Under the pieces are notes generated by a model. The model was not told the DNA's origin. It did not search any database and saw nothing but the letters and a program-made list of their open reading frames with translations. DNA of 64,000 nucleotides from contig QHSI01000133.1 in the NCBI GenBank assembly GCA_003221515.1, forward strand, positions 3,530-67,529, given 5' to 3'. The position numbers and the translations under genes are program-made. Positions 43,236 to 53,207 of the stretch are shown here, one piece after another. How positions within the stretch are numbered: position 1 is the stretch's first letter; every line of letters begins with the position of its first letter. This DNA is from Candidatus Rokuibacteriota bacterium. GTDB taxonomy: Bacteria; Methylomirabilota; Methylomirabilia; Rokubacteriales; CSP1-6.

Positions 43236-44134
43236 TGGCCGCGGTCGGCTTCGTCGGGCTCGGGGCGATGGGCGGCCGCATGGCCAAGCGGCTGCTCGAC
43301 GCCGGTCACCGGGTCGTCGGCTATAACCGCACCGCCGAGAAGGCGCGCGCGCTGGTGGCCGCCGGCCTCGTGCTCGAGAAGTCGCCGCGCGCGGTGGCGG
43401 AAAGCGTCGACGCCGTCCTCAGCATGGTCACCGATGACAAGGCGCTCCGCGCGATCGCGCTCGGGCCCGACGGCGTAATCGCGGGGCTGCGGCCTGGCGC
43501 CGTGTGGGCCGAGATGAGCACGGTCAGCCCCGAGGTCACGCGCGAGCTGGGCGCGGCGATCACCGCCCGCGGCGCCGCGCTGATCGACGCGCCGGTCTCC
43601 GGTAGCCCCATCACGCTGGAGGCCGGCCAGCTCTCGTTCATGGTCGGCGGCGATCCGGCGGCGCTCGAGAAGGTGCGCCCCTGCCTGCTGGCCATCGGGC
43701 CGACGATCACCCACGTGGGCGAGCTGGGACTCGCGGTGACGATGAAGATCGCCACGAACCTGGGGCTTGCCGTGCAGATGCTCGCGTTCAGCGAGGCGGT
43801 GGTCCTGGCGGAAAAGGCCGGGATCGCCCGCGAGCGCGCGGTCGAGGTGCTGCTCAAGTCGGTGATCGCGTCGCCGATGATCAAGTACCGCGGTCCGTTC
43901 GTGCTGGGCATGCCGACCGAGGCGCTGTTCGACGTGAACATGGCCCAGAAGGACCTGGGGCTGGCGCTCTCGATGGGCCGAGCGCTCGGTGTGCCGCTGC
44001 CGAGCGTGGCGCTGGTCGACGAGCTGCTCAGCGCCGCGCGCGGGCTGGATCTGGCCGACTACGACTTCGCGGTGGTGTTCGACGTGATCGCGCGGATGAG
44101 CGGCCTGCGGCCCAGCCTGAAGAAGCCGCGCTAG
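43235..44134 (+). CDS. NAD(P)-dependent 3-hydroxyisobutyrate dehydrogenase family, paralog 3
   Basis: In-frame part of ORF 43109..44134 from ATG 43235; MAAVGFVGLGAMGGRMA motif. Confidence 0.85.
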   Translation: MAAVGFVGLGAMGGRMAKRLLDAGHRVVGYNRTAEKARALVAAGLVLEKSPRAVAESVDAVLSMVTDDKALRAIALGPDGVIAGLRPGAVWAEMSTVSPEVTRELGAAITARGAALIDAPVSGSPITLEAGQLSFMVGGDPAALEKVRPCLLAIGPTITHVGELGLAVTMKIATNLGLAVQMLAFSEAVVLAEKAGIARERAVEVLLKSVIASPMIKYRGPFVLGMPTEALFDVNMAQKDLGLALSMGRALGVPLPSVALVDELLSAARGLDLADYDFAVVFDVIARMSGLRPSLKKPR

Positions 44135-44700
44135 CGCAGCGTCAGCGTGGCGCGTCCGGAGGCGGTGTCCACGCTGAGCGTGAAGGCATCCAGCACGTCC
44201 CGCCCGAGGAGACCGTCGATCGCGTCGGGCGCTAGACCGCGACGCAGCGTCGACGGCAGCGCGTAGACGATCACCGCCAGGGGCCCGATGCGCGCTCCGG
44301 CGATGTCGAGCAGCGGAAGCGTGACGAGCGTGGCGGTGGCCGAGCCGGTGACCCCGATGACCTCGACCGGCCGGCCCGGCTGGCCCGCCAGCCCGGCGCG
44401 CGCAAGCGCGTCGGGTGAGATCACCGTACGGTCGGCTCCCGTATCGACGATCAGGGTGAGCGCGGCGCCGTTGAGGCGAGCCTCGACGGTGATCGGCGCG
44501 CCCGGCGCGGGCCTGAGCGGCACCGGCTGGTTCGCCGCCTCACTCGCGCCGGGCGTCGGCTCGTCGCGCGGCTGGGGAGTGCTCAGCGGCGTGGCGTCGT
44601 CGCGGAAGTTCGGCGGAATCGAGGCGAGATCCGCCGTGTAGTGCACGGTCCCCTCGGCATCCGTCCAACGATAGAGCTGGGCGGCAGCCGGCGCCGCCAC
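44131..44700 (-). CDS. retropepsin-like (clan AA) aspartic protease with N-terminal DUF4124-like segment
   Basis: ORF 44131..44700; YRWTDAEGTVHYTAD N-terminal motif; LIVDTGADRTVIS aspartic-protease active-site motif; an upstream in-frame signal-peptide-like stretch (LWLIVLAGCLVAAPAAAQ) suggests the true start is upstream at a non-ATG codon. Confidence 0.6.
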   Translation of the reverse strand: MAAPAAAQLYRWTDAEGTVHYTADLASIPPNFRDDATPLSTPQPRDEPTPGASEAANQPVPLRPAPGAPITVEARLNGAALTLIVDTGADRTVISPDALARAGLAGQPGRPVEVIGVTGSATATLVTLPLLDIAGARIGPLAVIVYALPSTLRRGLAPDAIDGLLGRDVLDAFTLSVDTASGRATLTLR

Positions 44701-44758
44701 GAGGCAACCCGCCAGGACGATCAGCCAGAGTCGGGTGTGACGCGTAACGTCAGCCCTC

Positions 44759-45955
44759 CTAGCGGACGACCTTCTTCGCCCGCAGCGCGCTGATCTCGTC
44801 GGCGGAGTAGCCGAACTCTGCGAGGACCTGGTCGGTGTGCTCGCCCTGGAGCGGGGCCGGGGTGCGGGCGCCCGGGCGCATGCGCGAGAACTTCACGGGT
44901 GTGCCGATGACGGGAATCTCGCCGAGCCGCGGATGCAGGACGCGCTCGATCATCTGGCGCGCCGCGGTCTGCGGATCGTTCATGACCTGGTCCACGGTGT
45001 TCACCGGCGTCGCCGGGACTCCCGCGTCCTCCAGCAGTTTCAGCAGCGGCTCGCGGTCGAAGGCCACGATCGCCTCGGAGACCGCCGCCTCCAGCTCGGC
45101 GCGATGCCGGACTCGCCCGAGGTTGGTCGCGAAGCGCTCGTCGCGCAGCGCCGGGAGGTCGAGCGCCCCCACCAGCTTCTGCCAGAACCGGTCGTTGGCG
45201 CCGGCGATGAACACCCACTGGCCGTCGCGACAGCGAAAGGTGCGGTAGGGCGACAGCGAGGGGTGGGCGGAGCCGAGCGGCTTGGGCACGGCTCCCGTCA
45301 GCAGGTAGCCCTCAGCGTGATAGTTCAGCAGCGTCACCGCCGTCTCCAGCAGCGAGCCGTCGACACGCTGGCCGAGCCCGGTCTTCGCGCGATACAGGAG
45401 CGCGTTGACGATCCCGAACGCCGAGAAGATCCCGGTGGTGAGGTCGAGGAACGAGACGCCGGCACGCACCGGCGGCCCGTCGGGCTCACCGGTGATCGAC
45501 ATGATCCCGCTGAACGCCTGCATGAGCGCCTCGTAGCCGGCGCCGTCCTTGCGCGGCCCGGTGCGCCCGAACGCCGAGACCGAACAATAGATCAGTCCCG
45601 GATTGATCGCCGAGAGCGTGTCGTAGCCCAGCCCGAAGCCCTCCATGGTGCCGGTACGGAAGTTCTCGATGAGCACGTCCGCGCTCGCCACGAACTTCTT
45701 GAGCACCGCCGCCCCTTCCGGGGCCTTGAGGTCGAGCGTGAGATCGCGCTTGTTGCGGTTGATGACGAGGTAGGCCGCCGACTCGCCGTCCTTGTGCGGC
45801 GGCCACGTGCGTGACTCGTCGCCCGCGCCGGTGTCTTCGATCTTGATGACGTCGGCGCCCAGGTCCGCGAGCAGCATGCCGCAGAATGGCCCGGCCAGAA
45901 CGCGTGAGAGATCGAGGATTCGGACGCCGTCGAGCGAGAGGGCCGTGGAGGTCAT
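44759..45955 (-). CDS. CoA-transferase family III protein (CaiB/BaiF family)
   Basis: In-frame part of ORF 44759..47635 from ATG 45955; GVRILDLSRVLAGPFCGMLLADLGADVIKIE family-III motif; ~399 aa. Confidence 0.85.
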   Translation of the reverse strand: MTSTALSLDGVRILDLSRVLAGPFCGMLLADLGADVIKIEDTGAGDESRTWPPHKDGESAAYLVINRNKRDLTLDLKAPEGAAVLKKFVASADVLIENFRTGTMEGFGLGYDTLSAINPGLIYCSVSAFGRTGPRKDGAGYEALMQAFSGIMSITGEPDGPPVRAGVSFLDLTTGIFSAFGIVNALLYRAKTGLGQRVDGSLLETAVTLLNYHAEGYLLTGAVPKPLGSAHPSLSPYRTFRCRDGQWVFIAGANDRFWQKLVGALDLPALRDERFATNLGRVRHRAELEAAVSEAIVAFDREPLLKLLEDAGVPATPVNTVDQVMNDPQTAARQMIERVLHPRLGEIPVIGTPVKFSRMRPGARTPAPLQGEHTDQVLAEFGYSADEISALRAKKVVR

Positions 45956-45973
45956 CTGCGCTACTATAACGCC

Positions 45974-48900
45974 ATGTCTCTTTTCCGGAACGCGCTGACC
46001 GAGCGCATCCTCGTCCTCGACGGCGCGATGGGCACCATGATCCAGGCGGCCGGACTCGGCGCCGAGGACTTCGGCGGCGCCCCGTACGAAGGCTGCAACG
46101 AATACTTGAACCTCACGCGCCCCGACGTCATCCGAGGCGTCCACGCCGCCTACCTCGACGCCGGCGCGGACGTGATCTCGACCAACACCTTCGGGTGCGC
46201 GCCGTACGTGCTCGGCGAGTACGGCCTGGCCGAGCGCGCCCACGAGATCACGCTGGCCGCTGCGCGGCTGGCCCGCGAGGCCGCCGGCGCCCGCTTCGTC
46301 GTCGGCGCGATGGGACCGTCGACGCGCTCGATCAGCGTCACGCGCAACGTCACCTTCGATCAGGTCCGGGAGGCGTACGAGCTTCAGGCCGCCGCGCTCA
46401 TCGTCGGGGGCGTGGACGCGCTGCTGCTCGAGACAGCCCAGGACACGCTGAACCTCAAGGCGGCGACGATCGGCGTGCGCGCGGCGATGCAGCGCGCGGG
46501 CGTCGCGCTGCCGCTGATGGTCAGCGGGACGATCGAGCCGATGGGCACGATGCTGGCGGGCCAGGGGGTCGAGGCGCTCTATGCGGCGCTCGAGCACCTG
46601 GACCTCTTCTCGATCGGCCTCAACTGCGCGACCGGGCCCGAGTTCATGACCGACCACCTCCGCTCGCTGTCCGCGATGTCGACGCGCTTCGTGAGCGTCT
46701 ACCCCAACGCCGGTCTGCCCGACGAGCGCGGCCAGTACGCGGAGACGCCCGGGAGCCTGGCCTTCAAGCTGAAGCGCTTCGTCGATGAAGGCTGGGTCAA
46801 CCTCGTCGGCGGCTGCTGCGGGACGACGCCGGCCCACATCACCGCGATCAAGGCGCTGGTCAACGGCCGTCCGCCGCGCGTCCCGGCGGCGCACGAGCAA
46901 CAGGCGGTCAGCGGGATCGAGGTGCTCTACCCGACCGAGGACAACCGCCCGCTGTTCGTGGGCGAGCGCACGAACGTCATCGGCTCCCGACGGTTCAAGG
47001 AGCTGATCGTCGCCGACCAGTTCGAGGAAGCGGCCGAGATCGGTCGCGCCCAGATTCGCACCGGCGCCCACATCCTCGACGTCTGCCTGGCCAACCCCGA
47101 CCGCGACGAGACCGCCGACGTCGACCGGTTCATGACCCAGATCACCCGCAAGGTGAAGGTGCCGCTCATGATCGACTCGACCGACGCGCGGGTGCTCGAG
47201 GTGGCCTTGCGCCACTGCCAGGGCAAGTCGATCGTGAATTCGATCAACCTCGAAGACGGCGAGGAGCGGTTCGAGAAGGTCGTGCCCCTGCTCCGGACCT
47301 ACGGCGGCGCCGTCATCGTCGGCTGCATCGACGAGGACAAGCGCCAGGGCATGGCGGTCACGCGCCAGCGTAAGCTCGCGATCGCCGAGCGCAGCCATTA
47401 TTTGTTGACGGGCAAGTACGGGGTGCCGGCCCGCGACCTGATCTTCGACGCGCTGGTCTTTCCGGTCGGCACCGGCGACGCCAACTACATCGGCTCCGCG
47501 GTGGAGACGATCGAGGGCATCCGGGCGATCAAGGCGCGATTTCCGGAGTGCAAGACGATCCTCGGGATCTCGAACGTCTCGTTCGGCCTGCCGGTCGCCG
47601 GCCGCGAGGTCCTGAACTCGGTTTTCCTCTACCACTGCACCAAGGCGGGGCTCGACTACGCGATCGTCAACACCGAGCGCCTGGAGCGCTATCCCTCGAT
47701 CCCAGAAGAGGAGCGGCGCCTGGCCGAGGACCTCATCTACTGGCGCGGGGCCGACCCGGTCGCGGCGTTCGCCGCGTATTTCCGGGAAAAGAAGAAGGCG
47801 CCGCCGGCGGCCAGCACGCTGTCGCTCGACGAGCGCCTGGCACGCTACATCGTCGAGGGCTCTCGCGACGGCCTCGTCGACGACCTGAACGTCAAGCTCG
47901 GCGAGGCGACGCCGCTCGAGATCATCAACGGACCGCTGATGCGCGGCATGGACGAGGTCGGCCGGCTGTTCAACGACAACCAGCTCATCGTGGCCGAAGT
48001 CTTACAGTCCGCGGAGGCGATGAAGACGGCGGTCGCCCACCTGGAGCCGTTCATGGAGAAGTCCGAGTCGGCGACGCGCGGCTCGATCGTGCTGGCCACC
48101 GTCAAGGGCGACGTCCATGACATCGGCAAGAACCTCGTCGAGATCATCCTCTCGAACAACGGCTACCGGGTGATCAACCTGGGCATCAAGGTTCCGCCCG
48201 AAGAGCTGATCGCGGCCTACCACCTGCACAAGCCCGACGCGTTCGGGCTGTCCGGGCTCCTGGTGAAGTCGGCCCAGCAGATGGTGGTGACGGCACAAGA
48301 TCTCAAGGTCGCGGGCATCGAGGTGCCGCTCTTCGTCGGGGGCGCCGCGCTCACCAAGAAGTTCACCGCGACCAGGATCGCCGCCGAGTACGGCGGGCTC
48401 ACGCTCTACGCCAAGGACGCGATGGACGGGCTCGACCTCGCCAACCAGCTCTTCTCGGCGCCGACACGCGAGGCGCTGGTCGAGCGCGTGCGCCGCGAGC
48501 AAGCGACGCTGGTGGCGACCGCGGCCGGTGGTGCCGAGCCCGCGCCGGCCACGGCGGCGCCGATGCCGGCGCGGCGGCTCGAGCGGGTCGCGGTGCCGGC
48601 GCCGCCGGATCTCGAGCGCCACGTGCTGCGCGACGTGCCGCTCTCGCACGTCTTCCCGTACCTGAACCTCCAGATGCTCTACGGCAAGCACCTGGGCCTG
48701 CGCGGGCTGGTCGAGCGCCTGCTCGAGTCCGGCGACGCGAAGGCGCTCGAGCTCCGGGAGATCGTGGAGGGGCTCGAGCGCGACGCGGTGGCCGGCGGCC
48801 TCGTCCGCGCCCACGGCGCCTACCGCTGGTACCGCGCGCGCGCGGCCGGCGATACGGTGACGCTCTTCGACGCCTCCGGTGGCGAAGCCGGGCGCTTCGA

Positions 48901-49375
48901 GTTTCCCCGTCAGAAGGACGGCGAGCGTCTCTGTCTGGCCGACTACCTGCGGGACGACACCGACGACTACCTCGCGCTGTTCGCGGTGACGTGCGGCACC
49001 GGCGTGCGCGAGGTCGCCTCGGCGTGGAAGGATCGCGGTGAGTACGTGCGGTCCCACGCCCTGCAGGCGCTGGCGATCGAGTGCGCCGAAGCGTTCGCCG
49101 AGATGCTGCACGCGCGGCTGCGGACCCTCTGGGGATTTCCGGACTCGCCCGAGCTGTCCATCGCCGAGAAGCTCAAGGCGCGTTACCGGGGGCTCCGCGT
49201 GTCGTTCGGCTATCCGGCCTGCCCGAACCTCGCCGACCAGGCCACGCTGTTCAGGCTGCTCGAGCCGGAGACCTTCGGGCTCAGCCTGACGGAGGGGTTC
49301 ATGATGGATCCGGAGGCCTCGGTCTCCGCGCTCGTGTTCCACCATCCCGCCGCGAAGTACTTCAAGGCCGACTGA
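45974..49375 (+). CDS. metH: cobalamin-dependent methionine synthase
   Basis: ORF 45974..49375, 1133 aa; Hcy-binding N-domain, pterin-binding domain, B12-binding GDVHDIGKN motif, C-terminal AdoMet activation domain. Confidence 0.95.
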   Translation: MSLFRNALTERILVLDGAMGTMIQAAGLGAEDFGGAPYEGCNEYLNLTRPDVIRGVHAAYLDAGADVISTNTFGCAPYVLGEYGLAERAHEITLAAARLAREAAGARFVVGAMGPSTRSISVTRNVTFDQVREAYELQAAALIVGGVDALLLETAQDTLNLKAATIGVRAAMQRAGVALPLMVSGTIEPMGTMLAGQGVEALYAALEHLDLFSIGLNCATGPEFMTDHLRSLSAMSTRFVSVYPNAGLPDERGQYAETPGSLAFKLKRFVDEGWVNLVGGCCGTTPAHITAIKALVNGRPPRVPAAHEQQAVSGIEVLYPTEDNRPLFVGERTNVIGSRRFKELIVADQFEEAAEIGRAQIRTGAHILDVCLANPDRDETADVDRFMTQITRKVKVPLMIDSTDARVLEVALRHCQGKSIVNSINLEDGEERFEKVVPLLRTYGGAVIVGCIDEDKRQGMAVTRQRKLAIAERSHYLLTGKYGVPARDLIFDALVFPVGTGDANYIGSAVETIEGIRAIKARFPECKTILGISNVSFGLPVAGREVLNSVFLYHCTKAGLDYAIVNTERLERYPSIPEEERRLAEDLIYWRGADPVAAFAAYFREKKKAPPAASTLSLDERLARYIVEGSRDGLVDDLNVKLGEATPLEIINGPLMRGMDEVGRLFNDNQLIVAEVLQSAEAMKTAVAHLEPFMEKSESATRGSIVLATVKGDVHDIGKNLVEIILSNNGYRVINLGIKVPPEELIAAYHLHKPDAFGLSGLLVKSAQQMVVTAQDLKVAGIEVPLFVGGAALTKKFTATRIAAEYGGLTLYAKDAMDGLDLANQLFSAPTREALVERVRREQATLVATAAGGAEPAPATAAPMPARRLERVAVPAPPDLERHVLRDVPLSHVFPYLNLQMLYGKHLGLRGLVERLLESGDAKALELREIVEGLERDAVAGGLVRAHGAYRWYRARAAGDTVTLFDASGGEAGRFEFPRQKDGERLCLADYLRDDTDDYLALFAVTCGTGVREVASAWKDRGEYVRSHALQALAIECAEAFAEMLHARLRTLWGFPDSPELSIAEKLKARYRGLRVSFGYPACPNLADQATLFRLLEPETFGLSLTEGFMMDPEASVSALVFHHPAAKYFKAD

Positions 49376-49401
49376 CGCGAGGGACATCCGACACGCAACG
49401 A

Positions 49402-49427
49402 GCCCGAGCCGGTGATCCGGCTCGGGC
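49402..49427. terminator. bidirectional terminator hairpin between convergent metH and secreted-protein genes
   Basis: GCCCGAGCCGG-tgat-CCGGCTCGGGC perfect 11-bp stem, 27 nt after the metH stop. Confidence 0.6.
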
Positions 49428-49453
49428 CCGGTAGCGAGGCACGAGGAGTCGGA

Positions 49454-50209
49454 CTAGAACTTGATCTCGATCCGTACCGTCGGGACGCCGAGCGCCCGCT
49501 CATTGGCCTTCACCCAGACCGTCAGGCCCGAGTCGCTGATGTAATAGGCGTCCAGCTGAAGGATGTCCGAGAGGGTGCCCTTGACCTTGACGGGCATCCG
49601 GAACGTCCCGCTGAAGCTGAACTTGAGGTCGCTACCGTCGATCGTAACGACGCCGTTCTTGATGTACCCCAGCGGCGCTACACCTGCGAAGGCCGGCGAG
49701 AGGTCGGCTTCGCCGAAGAATGTCCCGGTCATGATGACGAACTCACCCGCGTCCACCAGGTTGTCGCCCTGGACCACCACCGAGAACGCCCCACTGAGCG
49801 TACCCTTGCCGGTGGCCAGGCTCAGATCGTCGGCTCCCGTGGCGTTCACCGCGCACTTCGTGGCCGTCGGAGCGACCAGCAACACCCACGACGGGCAGAG
49901 CGGGCTTCCGAGCTTCGCCCAGCCGGAAAGCTGAGCGACCGCGGTCCGCCGGCCACCCGGGACAGGACTCGTCACGAAGTTGCCATCGGCGTCTCTGAGG
50001 TACATGTCCTCGGTGACTTCGTAGAGAACCACATCCGCCAGCGCATTCGTATCGGCCCAATACTGCGACAGATCCCACTGCGACTCCGTTTTGGTTCTGT
50101 CCTTCCCCGCCAGGGCGGGCGCGGGCTCGACCACCAGGGCGAACAGCAGAAACATCAGCCCCAGCAGGCCCCACGTTCCAGCGTTTCTCCAACTCACAGT
50201 CGTTGTCAT
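49454..50209 (-). CDS. secreted hypothetical protein, paralog A (related to the 56009..56680 product)
   Basis: In-frame part of ORF 49454..50296 from ATG 50209 (RBS GGAGAGA); signal peptide; shares AEFVIM(T/Y)GTF(F/A)G and C-terminal ERALG..TVR(I/V)EI motifs with paralog B. Confidence 0.6.
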   Translation of the reverse strand: MTTTVSWRNAGTWGLLGLMFLLFALVVEPAPALAGKDRTKTESQWDLSQYWADTNALADVVLYEVTEDMYLRDADGNFVTSPVPGGRRTAVAQLSGWAKLGSPLCPSWVLLVAPTATKCAVNATGADDLSLATGKGTLSGAFSVVVQGDNLVDAGEFVIMTGTFFGEADLSPAFAGVAPLGYIKNGVVTIDGSDLKFSFSGTFRMPVKVKGTLSDILQLDAYYISDSGLTVWVKANERALGVPTVRIEIKF

Positions 50210-50269
50210 GATCTCTCTCCTCGTGCCTCGTTCCGCTACGTCTTCAATTCCATCTGGACGCCAGTAAGT

Positions 50270-50284
50270 GCAAGCAGGGGACCA
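50270..50284 (-). promoter_or_regulatory. sigma-54 (-24/-12) promoter candidate for secreted paralog A
   Basis: Minus-strand reading TGGTCC-cctgc-TTGCA matches TGGCAC-N5-TTGCA at the GG and TTGCA positions, ~60 nt upstream of ATG 50209; lies in a ~300-bp low-GC leader. Confidence 0.45.
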
Positions 50285-50509
50285 AGCCCGCGCCATCCTA
50301 AGCTGCGGATTCCATTGAGATAATCCGGTGGATTTGTGGAAGGGTGAATTCTAAGTGGGTGATTTCTTTGCGAATTCTCCGGAAATAGGGCCAGAACTCA
50401 CCAGACCCATACGTGTCGGGTACTTACCGAGCGAGGGGGCGAGTAATCGATTTGATTCTAGGAGCTTACCGGTCGAAGCGTGGCGAAGCGGGCAGCTACA
50501 GGCCCGAGA

Positions 50510-53194
50510 TCAGGCGTCCGGGTCGTCCTCGACCGACGCGCCGGGCTTGGCAGGGAGCTTCACCGTGAAGGTGGAGCCGACCCCGAGCTCGCTCTGGACG
50601 CCGATCGTTCCGCCGTGGCTCTCCACGATCCCCAGGCTCACGGACAGTCCGAGACCGGTCCCGCTGACCTCGGGCTTGGTCGTGAAGAACGGCTCGAAGA
50701 TACGGCCGAGGTGCTCCGGCGCGATGCCGGTGCCGGTGTCCGCCACCTCGACCCGCACCATGCCGCCGCTGAACGACGACCGGAGCGTCAGGGAGCCGCC
50801 CCGCTCTTGCATGACGTAGACGGCGTTGTTGATGAGGTTCAGGAACACCTGCTTGATGCGCGGCACGTCGACCTCGACCGGCGGCAGGCCCTCGGCGTAT
50901 TCCTCGTGCAGCGTGATCGAGTCGAAGGCGCCCTGGCGGCGCACCATTACCAGCGTCTGCTCCAGGACTTGATTGAGGTCGGTGACCTGGGGAACGAACT
51001 CGCGCTGGCGGCTGAAGTGCAGGAGGTCGCGCACGATGTCGCGCGCGCGCCCGGCCTCTTCCTGGATCAGGTCGAGCTCTTCGCGCATCGGCTGACCGTG
51101 CGGCACCTGCTCGGCGAGGTACGATGCGAAGCCGAGCACGCTGGTCAGCGGATTGTTGATCTCGTGAGCGATGTTGGCGGCGAGCTCGCCGATGGCCGCG
51201 AGCTTCGTGGACTGGATGAGCTGGGCCTGCGTGCGCTGGAGCTCGGCGTACTGCTGCTTCACGCCCTCGTAGAGACGCGAGTTCTCGCTCGCGACCGCCG
51301 CCTGGAGCGCGATGCCCTCCGCGAGCCGGAGCTCGTCCGGTGTAACGCGGTGCTGCTCCTTCAGCCAGACGATCACGAAGCCGCCAATGTTCTCGCCCTT
51401 CCACCGCATCGGCTGGATGAGCAATGACTTGTGCGGGATAAGCCGGCCTAGTGGCCGGTCGAACCGCGGGTCGGCCTGGCTGTCCGGGGAGCAGATTGGC
51501 TCGGCCACGCGGCGCCACTCGGCGGCGGCCGGGTTCAGCGCCCGTAGATTTTCGCCGTCGAGCGCCTGCAGCAGGTCCTTGGGAACGCGATAGCCGACGA
51601 TCGGCAGGAAGCGGCCGTCCTCGCTCTGGAGCCAGGCGCCGCCGGTGTCGGCGCCGAGGGCGCGCACCATCGCCCGGGTCGTCCGTCTCAAGACCTCGGT
51701 CAGCTCGAGCGTCGAGCTGGCGTCGTGGCTGACGGCCAGCAGCGTCTCGGTGTGCCGCAGCCGTTCCTGCGTCTGCTCGTAGAGCCTGGCGTTGCGAATC
51801 GCCGCCGACGCCGACGTCGCGAGCGCCTCGCCCAGCGCCTGCTCCTCCGGCGTGAACTCGTGACGCGGCCGGTAGAGGATCGTGAGGACGCCCACCAGCT
51901 CGCTCTCGAGGAAGAGCGGGAGCCCCAGGTAGGACACGAGCTGTTCGCCCTCGAGCCACTCCGTGTACTTGACACGCGGCTGCGCCGCGATGTCGCTGTA
52001 CGACACCGGCTTCTGATGCTTGACGATCCAGCCGAGGTATCCGTCGCCGTCCTCGACGCCGTGCTCCTCGACCTCCATGGGCGCCCGGGTGACGCCGGCC
52101 TGGGCGTGGAGGCGGAAGACGCCCGGGGCTTCGTCCCGGATGAGGATCCGGGCCACGTCGGCGCCGAACCGGCTGCGCACGAGCTCGGCGAGCCGGTGGA
52201 GCACCTCGGAGACCTGGAGCGTCTCGGTGAGCAGGCGCCCCGACTCCACGAGGCTCTCCTGCTCGGCGGCGCGGCGCATCACGCCCTCGTAGAGCCGCGC
52301 GTTCTCGACGGCGATCGCGACCTGGTCCGCCACGATCTTCAGCAGCTGCTCCTCGTCGGCCTTCGCGCCCGGCGGCAGCACGTGGCGCGCGATCATCACG
52401 CCGAGCTGCCGGCCGCGCACGTTGAGGGGCAGCGTCCACTCGACCTCGGTCCAGTCGTCGGCCGTCGCGGCGCCGGTGCCGGCCAGGACACTGCGCGGCT
52501 GCGCGCCCGCCTCGCTGTTGACCGTGACGTTGACGCCGGGCGGCTCGCTCAGCTCGACGCGGAGGCTGGACGTCCCGATCGACTGCGCGAGGCCCCCCAG
52601 CAGCTTCTCGAGCATCCCCGCCACCCCCATCTCGGAGGTGATGTCCTGCAGCGAGCGGTGCAGGTCCTCGAGCTGCGAGGCCCGCCGCACGAAGTGCTGG
52701 TTCAGCCGCTTGAGCTCTTCGACCTGGTTGAGCAGGCGGTAGACGAGCCGCTGGTTGAGCTCGCGGAGATAGACGCCCTCGTCGCGGCCTTCGACCCGCT
52801 CGCGCTTGCCACCCAGGAACTCGGCCACCTGGCGTGGGAAGGCGTCGACGTCGATGGGCTTCTGGATGTAGCCGTCGCAGCCGGCCACGAGGGTCCGCTG
52901 GCGATCGCCTTGCATCGCATACGCCGTCACCGCGATGACCGGCGTCGCGGCGAGGTTCGGGAACGATTTCAGGATCGCGACGATCTCGTACCCGTCCACG
53001 CCCGGCAGGTTGATGTCGAGCAGGATCAGCGCCGGCTCTTCGCGAATCGCGGCCTCGATCCCGGTCAGGCCGTCCTCGGCGTCCACGATCGCGTAGCCGG
53101 CCGCCTCCAGGACCGCCCGCACGAGCATACGGTTCTCGCGGTTGTCCTCGATGTAGAGGATCTTCACCTTCTGATCGGCTGGCCGTCCCGGCAT
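50510..53194 (-). CDS. hybrid signalling protein: N-terminal receiver + three GAF domains + HisKA/HATPase histidine kinase
   Basis: ORF 50510..53194; REC (KILYIEDNRENR..., DINLPGVDG), GAF regions, H-box HEINNPLTSV, ATPase G-boxes DTGTGI and GTGLGLSV. Confidence 0.9.
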   Translation of the reverse strand: MPGRPADQKVKILYIEDNRENRMLVRAVLEAAGYAIVDAEDGLTGIEAAIREEPALILLDINLPGVDGYEIVAILKSFPNLAATPVIAVTAYAMQGDRQRTLVAGCDGYIQKPIDVDAFPRQVAEFLGGKRERVEGRDEGVYLRELNQRLVYRLLNQVEELKRLNQHFVRRASQLEDLHRSLQDITSEMGVAGMLEKLLGGLAQSIGTSSLRVELSEPPGVNVTVNSEAGAQPRSVLAGTGAATADDWTEVEWTLPLNVRGRQLGVMIARHVLPPGAKADEEQLLKIVADQVAIAVENARLYEGVMRRAAEQESLVESGRLLTETLQVSEVLHRLAELVRSRFGADVARILIRDEAPGVFRLHAQAGVTRAPMEVEEHGVEDGDGYLGWIVKHQKPVSYSDIAAQPRVKYTEWLEGEQLVSYLGLPLFLESELVGVLTILYRPRHEFTPEEQALGEALATSASAAIRNARLYEQTQERLRHTETLLAVSHDASSTLELTEVLRRTTRAMVRALGADTGGAWLQSEDGRFLPIVGYRVPKDLLQALDGENLRALNPAAAEWRRVAEPICSPDSQADPRFDRPLGRLIPHKSLLIQPMRWKGENIGGFVIVWLKEQHRVTPDELRLAEGIALQAAVASENSRLYEGVKQQYAELQRTQAQLIQSTKLAAIGELAANIAHEINNPLTSVLGFASYLAEQVPHGQPMREELDLIQEEAGRARDIVRDLLHFSRQREFVPQVTDLNQVLEQTLVMVRRQGAFDSITLHEEYAEGLPPVEVDVPRIKQVFLNLINNAVYVMQERGGSLTLRSSFSGGMVRVEVADTGTGIAPEHLGRIFEPFFTTKPEVSGTGLGLSVSLGIVESHGGTIGVQSELGVGSTFTVKLPAKPGASVEDDPDA

Positions 53195-53207
53195 TCGACC
53201 TTTTCTC

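Noticed and set aside
45974-49375. metH at 1133 aa looked slightly short; possible internal deletion like the other damaged genes
   Set aside because: All four modules (Hcy, pterin, B12, AdoMet activation) are recognisable in order. The length is within the range I recall for MetH homologs, so there is no evidence of a lesion.
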